Assembly (NCBI GenBank): GCA_964016885.1
Contig: CAXHJY010001228.1
Coordinates: forward strand, 1-64,000
Reading direction: 5' to 3'
Length of the DNA stretch: 64,000 nucleotides
Source: Eledone cirrhosa
Taxonomy: Eukaryota
The stretch's first letter is position 1, and every line of letters starts with the position of its first letter. Position numbers and translations under genes: made by a program. Positions 53,556-64,000 of this stretch are shown piece by piece. The notes under the pieces were generated by a model that searched no databases, had not been told where the DNA came from, and saw only the letters and a program-made list of their open reading frames with translations.

Positions 53556-53604
<49 letters not shown>

Positions 53605-53638
53605 ACACATGATTTATATATATATACACACATGATAT

Positions 53639-53669
<31 letters not shown>

Positions 53670-53836
53670 ATTCGTATTTTTATTTTTTTTGCAAGATTTC
53701 TTACCTGAAAACGTGTGTTGAAACAGATATTGTTATACTTGGGGGGTGGGGGGATAAAAACACAGTTGTTTTTATTGGCAACATGACCCTTCCAAAGTAT
53801 AACAATATATACATATATATACATATAAAAATGAGA

Positions 53837-53868
<32 letters not shown>

Positions 53869-54256
53869 TTATATACATAAGACAAACAGAGAGTTGCATC
53901 TTTATCTCGTCAGCCACCTTGCTTGCCTACAGTTTCGTGCGCATATATCTAAGGTGATAAATTATTAAAGTCGTTAAAACATCGGATAGAACGTCTTGAG
54001 ATATTCGTCCCTCCTCTCTGCACTCTCATTTTAAAACCCCTTATTTTCAACTTTGTCTTTCATCTTTCGATATTGACAAGAAAAGTACCAGTGCATTACT
54101 GAGCTCCCTTCTCACCTTCTTTCTCCTTCTTTCTGTCTCTTTCCAAGTCGGCCATATTCTTAGCTCGAGAAAGATGGGATCCACCAGGTTAAAAGAAGCA
54201 TGCTCCTAGGACTCCATCGGGAGTCCATGGATGAGGGGATATATTATATAGATTAT

Positions 54257-54258
<2 letters not shown>

Positions 54259-54308
<50 letters not shown>

Positions 54309-54328
54309 CGAGAGCGAGAGCGAGAGAG

Positions 54329-54376
<48 letters not shown>
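54259..54376. repeat. (GA)n microsatellite
   Basis: Direct reading. Confidence 0.95.
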
Positions 54377-54379
<3 letters not shown>

Positions 54380-55152
54380 GAAAGTTCAGTTTCTGTGAGG
54401 AAAAGAAAAAAAGACAAATGCTTCAGGCAGCTTTTCCTACGTCTGAGAGTGAAGAAGGAGAGGTAAATTGGTTCTATCGATTTGGTTGTAGGCAAAGAAA
54501 TAGAAAAGGAACTGAAAGAGTGCTGTAATGTGTGAAATAAGTGGAAAAGGCTGTTGAGGTGTTGAAATAAGGAAAGGAAAGGTAGGAAAATGTAAGTAAA
54601 AGAAGAATGAAACGATATTCGCTATTGAGAGGTGTTTGTTGCGTTATGACTACAAATTAATCAGCAACATACAAAGGTCATTTTAACAGCTGGAGAGGGT
54701 CATAGTTAGAGATATTTCCCACCAGATACAACAATATTTCAACCAGTTGACTTCAAGTTTACATTACTAATTACAACAAAAACTAATCTAAATGTATTAA
54801 CATCAATACAAATGTATTTCGTTACGACTTCTATCATGTCTTCGTTTTCGTCTTCGTATTTTCCCTGTCTTTTCTTTGTTTCTTTCTCTTGCTCAATTAC
54901 ATATATCTGTGGCTATCAGTAGTCTAAGCTATCGTTACATACATTAACTTTGACAAAAGCGAAGAACAGCGCAATGTAGTTCCAGGTACGTGATACAAAA
55001 TACCGATTATTCAAATGATAATGAAATGGATCAGTAGATAAACTTATATATATGCCTTGTTTTCTTCATTTTAATTGTTGTTTAGCCCCAGGTAAGTTCT
55101 AATTAGGCACCTATGATCAAAGGTGTTCCTTCTGCAACCATATTGAACTTCT

Positions 55153-57030
55153 TTGGTTTTAGTGGTGTATATTAGAATAAAGGCTTGGGTTTAGTGGTGT
55201 ATATTAGATTACAGACTTGGTTATAGTGGTGTATATTGGAATACAGACTTGGGTTTAGTGGTGTATATTAGATTACAGACTTGGTTTTAGTGGTGTATAT
55301 TAGAATACCGACTTGGTTTAAGTGGTGTATATTGGAATACAGACTTGGGTTTTATTGGTATATATTAGACTACAGACTTGGGTTTAGTGGTGTATATTAG
55401 ACTACAAACTTGGGTTTAGTGGTGTATATTAGAATATGGACTTGGTTTTAGTGGTGTATATTAGAATACAGACTTAGATTTTAGTGGTGTATATTAGACT
55501 ACAGACTTGGGTTTTAGTGGTGTATATTAGACTATAGACATGGTTTTAGTGGTGTATATTAGACTACAGACTTGGGTTTAGTGTTGTATATTAGAATATG
55601 GACTTGGTTTTAGTGGTGTATATTAGAATACAGACTTGGGTTTTAGTGGTGTATATTAGACTACAGACTTGGGTTTTAGTGGTGTATATTAGACTACAGA
55701 CTTGGTTTTAGTGGTGTATATTAGAATATAGACTTGGGTTTTAGTGGTGTATATTAGAATATAGACTTGGATTTTAGTGGTGTATATTAGAATATAGACT
55801 TGGGTTTAGTGGTGTATATTAGAATACAGAATTGGTTTTAGTGGTGTATATTAGAATATAGACTTGGGTTTTAGTGGTGTATATTAGAATATAGACTTGG
55901 GTTTTAGTGGTGTATATTAGACTATAGACTTGGTTTTAGTGGTGTATATTAGAATACAGACTTGGTTTTAGTGGTGTATATTAGAATATAGACTTGGTTT
56001 TAGTGGTATATATTAGAATATAGACTTGGGTTTTAGTGGTGTATATTAGAATATAGACTTGGGTTTTAGTGGTGTATATTAGAATATAGACTTGGGTTTT
56101 AGTGGTATATATTAGAATACAGACTTGGTTTTAGTGGTGTATATTAGAATACAGACTTGGGTTTTAGTGGTGTATATTAGAATACAGACTTGGGTTTTAG
56201 TGGTGTATATTAGAATACAGACTTGGGTTTTAGTGGTGTATATTAGAATATAGACTTGGGTTTTAGTGGTGTATATTAGAATATAGACTTGGGTTTTAGT
56301 GGTGTATATTAGAATACAGACTTGGTTTTAGTGGTATATATTAGAATATAGACTTGGGTTTTAGTGGTGTATATTAGAATACAGACTTGGTTTTAGTGGT
56401 GTATATTAGAATACAGACTTGGGTTTTAGTGGTGTATATTAGACTACAGACTTGGTTTTAGTGGTATATATTAGAATATAGACTTGGTTTTAGTGGTATA
56501 TATTAGAATATAGACTTGGGTTTTAGTGGTGTATATTAGAATACAGACTTGGTTTTAGTGGTGTATATTAGAATACAGACTTGGGTTTTAGTGGTGTATA
56601 TTAGAATATAGACTTGGGTTTTAGTGGTGTATATTAGAATATAGACTTGGGTTTTAGTGGTGTATATTAGAATGCAGACTTGGGTTTTAGTGGTGTATAT
56701 TAGAATGCAGACTTGGGTTTTAGTGGTGTATATTAGAATACAGACTTGGGTTTTAGTGGTGTATATTAGAATACAGACTTGGGTTTTAGTGGTGTATATT
56801 AGAATATAGACTTGGGTTTTAGTGGTGTATATTAGAATGCAGACTTGGGTTTTAGTGGTGTATATTAGAATATAGACTTGTGTTTTAGTGGTGTATATTA
56901 GAATGCAGACTTGGGTTTTAGTGGTGTATATTAGAATATAGACTTGTGTTTTAGTGGTGTATATTAGCATGCAGGCTTGGGTTTTAGTGGTGTATATTAG
57001 AATATAGACTTGGGTTTTAGTGGTGTATAT
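55153..57030. repeat. 32/33-bp minisatellite
   Basis: Unit gacttgggttttagtggtgtatattagaatata, roughly 57 copies. Confidence 0.97.
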
Positions 57031-57240
57031 GATTGGGTAAGACAGATTAGCGAGATAGATGAAGATGGATGAATATAGTTGGGTTGGTACACAGCATGCA
57101 AGTCCAGGAACTGTTATCGTAACAATCACGAGAGAGAGAGAGAGAGAGAGGGTGTGTGATGATGTGTGTGTGTGAGAGGGAGACACAGTGAGAGAGAGGG
57201 GGATTGTAAAAGAGAGAAAGTGTGTATTTATGTATGTGTG

Positions 57241-57326
<86 letters not shown>

Positions 57327-57345
57327 GGTGCGTCAGAGAGAAAGA

Positions 57346-57398
<53 letters not shown>

Positions 57399-57503
57399 AC
57401 AATCTATCGTTCAACGTGCATGCGTAAGTTGGGTATTAATGAATAAAGTTTTTAAAATAAAAAGTTTAACAATATTTTTTTAAAATAAAATCGCGTCTAT
57501 AAT

Positions 57504-57691
57504 TGTTTCTACTTTTGGCACAAGGCCAGCAATTATCCCAGTGCATTACTGGTACTTTATTTTATCGACCCCGTAAGGATGAAAGGCAAAGTTTACCTCG
57601 GCGGGATTTGAACTCAGATCATAAAGGGAGGTAACTCTATGCTTCAAAGCATGGCGTCCGACCCTTACCGATACTGCCAATCCACCGCCTT
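57504..57691 (-). mobile_element. Young SINE-1 with 16-bp target-site duplication
   Basis: aaatcgcgtctataat at 57488-57503 and 57692-57707. Confidence 0.92.
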
Positions 57692-58096
57692 AAATCGCGT
57701 CTATAATGAAACAGTTCCCGGTTTGAGTTTAAATACTTAGCAGAGATTTCGTTCCATAATTTTGGTGCTACACCTAATTTTATATAACCAAATATCAACC
57801 AGGCCGTCGATAATGGCAAGCATATATTTTTGATCGGAAGATGCTGGCTGTAATGTAATATCCTATTCTCCAGGGAAAGTTTCATATATCATCTCCTAAT
57901 ATCATAAGTCTGGATCTCAGCATCAACTCGTGAAAGTTCGCCCATTGGGGATACTTGGAGTAGTGAAAGAGGGATATATTTATATATTTACATTATAGCA
58001 TTCGCTATCGTCTGCTACCAATTCACTTTCAACAAGAATGCTTCGCACAATACAATATAAACATGTTTTATACAGACACACACTATCATAAATACA

Positions 58097-58116
58097 CTAT
58101 ATATATATACACCTTT

Positions 58117-58199
<83 letters not shown>

Positions 58200-58961
58200 C
58201 ATATATATATAGATATAGATATATGCATATATATATAGATATACATACATGCATATATATACATACATATATACATATATGCATATATATACATATATAT
58301 ATAGATATACATATATGCATATATATACATATATATATAGATATACATATATGCATATATATACATATATATATAGATATACATATATGCATATATATAC
58401 ATACATATATAGATATACATATATGCATATATATACATATATATATACATATATGCATATACATATATATATAGATATACATATATGCATATATATACAT
58501 ACATATATACATATATGCATATATATACATATATATATAGATATACATATATGCATATATATACATACATGCATATATATACATACATATATACATATAT
58601 GCATATATATACATACATATATATATATATATATATATGTATGTATACACATATATATGTATAAATATATATATATATATATATATATGTATACACATAT
58701 ATATGTATAAATATATATATATGTATATATATATATGTATACACATATATATGTATACATATATATATGTATACACATATGTATACACATATATAAGTAT
58801 ACATATATATATGTATACACATATATATATATATGTATACACATATATGTATACATACAAATTTATATATATATATATATATGTATACATAGATATATGT
58901 ATACATATATATATATAAACATATATATATATAAACATATATATAAACATATATATATATA

Positions 58962-59011
<50 letters not shown>

Positions 59012-59159
59012 TAGATATATGTAAATGTAAATGTAAATATATATATATACATATATAAATGAAAGGTATAGAAAGTATTGTAGCAAGAAGCCAACAGTAT
59101 TCCATAATAGATAAGTGACTATAGCGTCAAAATGGGAAAATAGTTAACGTAAGATGTGG

Positions 59160-59214
<55 letters not shown>

Positions 59215-59308
59215 TATGAATATATATGTGTACATATATCATATATATCACATATGATATATGTACACATATACCTTCCCCCCATCTATATATATATATA
59301 TATACACA

Positions 59309-59345
<37 letters not shown>

Positions 59346-59428
59346 CTATATATATATACACATCTATATATATATACACATCTATATATATATATATATA
59401 TACACATCTATATATATATATACATATA
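58097..59428. repeat. Compound (TA)/(CATA)/(GATA) microsatellite with local higher-order units
   Basis: Direct reading. Confidence 0.9.
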
Positions 59429-60655
59429 ATTTATAGTAATAGAAGGATATATGATCAGATCACTTCATCCATTCATAGTGAAATAAAGTTGGCAAGGTCA
59501 CAATAAAAATGGTAACATTCGGTACATAACTCAGCTAAGAGGCGCTTCATATACTGTCATAAATATTTATTGACATTTGTAATCAATGAGCATGGAGGAA
59601 TTATTGAGAAAGAATTACAATATTCTATAATCATTAACCATGTACATACTGTACGAATAGCTGAATAGGCCAGTTTGTGATATCTATGAATGGTAGTAGT
59701 TTTATGTTCTCTCCCTGAGTCCATATAATAGAAGGATGCTATTATTTGTCGGTTGTAAATCCTTTCCTGTCCATTTGTCAGATCGTAATATATTACAACA
59801 TATGCCACAGCAATGGGAGGCGGGGCAGGGCTGGTCACTTTCTAGATTAGTTTCACTTTCCCTTTCACTCTCCCAATATCTTCTTCGCAATCTCTTGTTG
59901 TTATTTTCAGATTACAACCTCAAAGCTCGATACTTTGACAAATTCCCGATTAACGCCAATATTTCAGAAAAGTCAATATTTCAGATATTGTCACTTGTGT
60001 TGGCCTGTGATATGTATAATAATGATTACTTTTTAATCTCACTAGTTAAGAAATCTCTCTCTCTCCCTCTCTACCCCCCCTCTCTCATCCCCTTCTTATT
60101 TCTCTTTGCAAACGCGTACCATGAAATAGTATTACTCTAAAAACGACGATAGGTGGCGGTTGTAATGAATGGATGCAGGAGCAGAGGGAGAAGTGAGTTA
60201 GTTTAATTTTGCTACATATTAATAAAAAAAAATATTATATTGCTACAGAATACATTTATAGATTTTAGCTAACACAGTATGTAAGCTCTCTTTATACATA
60301 ATATCATAGTACAGTATAGCAATGAAACACTGTTAACACACTATCGAACTAAATGCACTTTACATTCAAATGTCCGATGTATTTAGTGGTTTTATTAGTA
60401 ATGACCCCTTGTGCAAGTTAAAGGTGGTACTCGGCAGCTGAAGAAACCTCAACACAGGAGTTAAATTAAATTGCCATAAGAAGCAGTAAGAAAATTTGAA
60501 ATGTGGAGTTTAGGAGTCTGGCATCGATTCTTCCTCTGTCTCTTTCTAGGTGGCTTTCTCTCCTCTATCTCTGGAAGTAAATGGCTGTTTTCAGAACTGG
60601 AGAGACACACGTTCCATCAGGTTTAATTTGCCCAAGACAAGCCATGTGTGCGTGC

Positions 60656-60728
<73 letters not shown>

Positions 60729-60737
60729 GACACAGAT

Positions 60738-60922
60738 AGCTGGGAAAAAGGAGTTATACCTGTAATTCAAGTGGCCAGCTTTGTCACACATGGTGTTAAA
60801 CTGAATCTCCCCGAGAACTACGGTAGCGATACATGTGTTTATAAAATGATCAGCCACATACAAGTGAATTTCACGAGCGGACAGTTCTACTGATTGAATT
60901 AACTGGAGCACAAGTTGTGTGA
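60738..60922 (+). mobile_element. Degenerate SINE body (second family)
   Basis: ttgtcacaca...ctgaatctccccgagaactacg...tcagccac...aatttcacgagc matches 15950-16100 reversed. Confidence 0.6.
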
Positions 60923-61223
60923 AAAAGACTTCCTCCTACAATAATATCTCTTTAGTGATTCCATTCACCTCTAATTTAGCAAATAATCCCCTGCAGTGAT
61001 ATACCATTATAATACGTTTCTTGAACATTTGTGAAAAGAACCAGTTGTAACATAATGCACAGTACTTTATTTCAGTAAAAGTCTATTTATTAAAGAAGAT
61101 AGAATACAGAGACACACAATTATTTACGTCACATTGTTTTCGTTATATCCTTCTCATATATCATTGTCATAGCCAAGCAACATCTGTGTAAAGATTTATA
61201 TACACTCACACACACACACATCA

Positions 61224-61282
<59 letters not shown>

Positions 61283-61283
61283 C

Positions 61284-62833
61284 CTGAAAGATCACAAATC
61301 TAACTTTAACTCTAATCCTTCTATAAGACTTATATTCCCTTCCAAATCTGACATTGGCATCATTAGTAAAAAAAACTTTAGACAGAATCATCCCACCAAT
61401 AAGAAAACACGTTAATTTACCACACTGGGAAAGCACATCCCAAGTAATTTACTTCATTTTTACAATTTGATATAGATGCTTATTATCCCTCTATATCACC
61501 CATACTCCTGAACAAAGCCTTGATATTTGCCAAAAATAGATCAAACTTAACTATGGATGACATTAATATTATCAAACACTACTGGAATTTCAGAAGGAAT
61601 ACTGGACCAGAAATACATATAGTAATCTATTCGATATTACTATGGGCTCTAGTGATTCTACCCAAATTACCGATCTTGTGGGCCTCTTTCTTCTATTTAA
61701 CATACATTCTTCTTTTCCCCACCTTAAAGGTGGTTTATATCGTGATGACTGTCTTCTTCTTCTTTCCAATAACCTTAGCCTATCAGAAATTGAAAAAAAT
61801 AAAAAACTTATTAGAACTGTCCTCAAAGACTATTATAGTCTCACTATTACATTTGAAAACACCAGTAAAGTAGTTAATTTCCTTGATATAACTTTAGACT
61901 TCTCTACGGGTACCTACCAACCTTACCATAAACCTAACCAAAACTTACATTACATACACTCACAATCCAATCACCCTAGATCTATCCTTAAAAACCTAGC
62001 ATATAATATCTCACTCAGAATTTCTAACCTTTCCTCTAACCAGGATGTATTCGATAAAAATGCGCCCTTTTATAACGAAGCTTTAGCTAGAAGCGACCAC
62101 AAAAACAAATTAGTCTATATACCTTGCACCAATAATACTTCAAACATACAACCCAATATTACCAACAAACACCAAATGAAAAACACAACACCTAAATGCC
62201 ACTCACACTACATCCCAAAATACCAACCTAAAACTTAATTTCTCTACCTCTTCTCACATAAAATATAATGACTTTCAAAAAACCATTCATCCTAATACTC
62301 CAATATACCTTAATAACATTACTAACACAATTCCTAATAATCAGACTAAAACACCTAAATCAGTTAATCTAACTAAACCTATATATAATAAATTCACTAA
62401 TACTAATTCTCTTAGTAAACATCCTGATACATCGTATAAATATAAAAAAACAACATCGAAACCGTAATAGACGAGTTACTTGGTATAATGCTCCATTTAA
62501 TCTTCAAATTAAAGATAATATCCCTAAAAATTGTTTTACTATCCTAGAGAAAAACTTCCCGCCAAACCATAAATACCATCAAATTTTAAATAGATCAACT
62601 GTCAAATTTCCCTACTCCACTACCAAAAATATACAACAAAATATAAGTGCGTACAATGCATATAAACCTGACTTGGAGTGTACTCAAAAGGGTCAAAGGT
62701 GTATCAAAATAATAGATATGAGTGTAGATTATGCTCCCAGGAACTTTTTGAAATAATGAAATCTAAGGATATCCTATTAAATAAGCGACAAGAATTAATT
62801 ATATCTTGCAATCATAGAATTAGAAGAACTTTC
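61284..62833 (+). pseudogene. PLE reverse transcriptase / endonuclease C-terminus remnant
   Basis: LKDHKSNFNSNPSIRLI, QFDIDAYYPSI, MGSSDSTQITDLVGL, GLYRDDCL, NFLDITL, YQPYHKPN, SNHP, WYNAPF, terminal LLNKRQELIISCNH; several frameshifts; no GIY-YIG core seen. Confidence 0.85.
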
Positions 62834-63560
62834 AAATATTATAAACCTAATTAATATACACCTTACACTTATATTTTATATATTATTATAATTAATTTTT
62901 TTTATTTAGTTAACCTATAATTAGTACTTTACTAGAGAGAACTTCATAATTTTATTTCCCTCTTACAGCTCTCTTTTCCTAAAATTAATACCTAAAAGTA
63001 TACATATAAATTAATTTAATTTCCTGTTATGAATCTAGATTCCTTGTAGTCTATATAAGATTGCTATTTCTCACTACTACATTTATCCCAAAATTTTATT
63101 TTCCTTCGTTTTTAACAACATCCTTTAATAACATCTAATTCTTATTTATCACATCCATATGAATTAATATAAATTTATCCCTATAAGTATACCTATCAAT
63201 TAATTTAATTTCTTGTTATAGATCTAAATTCCTTGTGTTTTAAATAAGATTGGTATTTCTCACTAACACCTTTACCCTAAAATGTTATTCTCCTTCGGTT
63301 TTAACATTAACATTAATCTTTAATAGCATCAAATGTTCGTGAACTTTTCACCGGCTTAACCTCTTTTCATCCCCAAAGTACTCTTTTCATTCTTTCCATT
63401 CAAAACTTAAGTCTGCATTCTTCTACCCCTAAATTAAATTTCTACTACTACTATTCTATCAACTTGACCTTTTACTACTTTTCTATTGGTCAATTCAAAA
63501 CCTGTTCCCAAACAGACCTATTATATTAAATCTTTGTTGGTTTTATTCAATAAACAAATA

Positions 63561-63700
63561 TCATTGTTTCTGAAGACAGCATATATATGTGAAGGTATGT
63601 ATATTTCCTCTGATAATTTGTAAAATTTTTACATAAATCTATATGATATACATACCAACACACATATATATCCTAGAAACGATCGATCGTAAAATGATGA
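63561..63700 (+). ncRNA. Type I hammerhead ribozyme with 99-nt extended stem II
   Basis: tcattgttt CTGAAGA [63577-63675] GAAA cgatcgatcg TA aaatgatga; 9-bp stem I, palindromic stem III, GUA triplet. Confidence 0.75.
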
Positions 63701-64000
63701 ATTTTTTAATTTAAGGAGCTTGTTCTTTGTTTTTATTCATTGTTTTTATTAATTTATCTTGACTCTGCTTTCCTATGATTTTCATGGAAAATTTTTGAAT
63801 GCATCTTCTCTTTTCATGATATTTGGATTACATTGAGTTCTTCATACAGATTGGACACTACCGTATATTTTGGTAGATTTATCTACATATATATCTATCT
63901 ATATCAATATATATTTCATATATATATATATATGTTTCATATATATATCTATATATTTCATATATATATATATATGTTTCATATATATATCTATATATTT

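Larger units (their letters stand above)
61281..63790 (+). mobile_element. Penelope-like retroelement, Hydra-clade-like, 5'-truncated and internally deleted
   Basis: Begins at (TA)n; RT remnant, AT-rich 3' region with internal duplication (~63008-63140 / 63197-63330), HHR; right boundary approximate. Confidence 0.8.

Noticed and set aside
54379-54470. Possible host exon ending gag|gtaaat
   Set aside because: No polypyrimidine acceptor and no recognisable peptide
56536-57414. 292-aa ORF with (LIYTTKTQVC)n
   Set aside because: 33-bp satellite plus microsatellite translation
57710-60060. Unique-looking stretches with short ORFs (57637-57885, 59557-60140)
   Set aside because: No domain motifs recognised; a translated database search would be needed

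Overview
AT-rich, microsatellite-dense eukaryotic DNA that is almost entirely repetitive; I found no credible host protein-coding gene. The SINE families, (TA)n/(TATG)n/(CA)n density and TE mix suggest an octopus (cephalopod) genome; this is inference from pattern recall, not a search. Contents: a decayed Penelope-like retroelement (Hydra-clade-like RT, 61.3-63.8 kb) with a hammerhead ribozyme (HHR) carrying a 99-nt stem II; about eight families of short Penelope-type fragments embedded in (TA)n, usually as snap-back inverted repeats, many with minimal HHRs with palindromic stem III; a near full-length R4/Dong-clade element plus a tandem 3' fragment; four RTE LINE segments with a C-terminal triple C2H2-type zinc-finger tail, all abutting (TATG)n; a non-autonomous RTE derivative flanked by a ~350-bp duplication; a Tx1/L1 remnant; two Helitrons (one with a PIF1-helicase remnant); mariner/pogo MITEs; many tRNA-derived SINEs; and 25-, 41-, 30-, 33- and ~130-bp minisatellites. 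The most novel-looking signal is a three-way-junction RNA motif with several compensatory base changes between two diverged copies (5.9 kb and 24.4 kb) that contains CUGAUGA but lacks the hammerhead GAAA. Most ORFs in the supplied track are microsatellite artefacts. Element boundaries were read by eye and are approximate.
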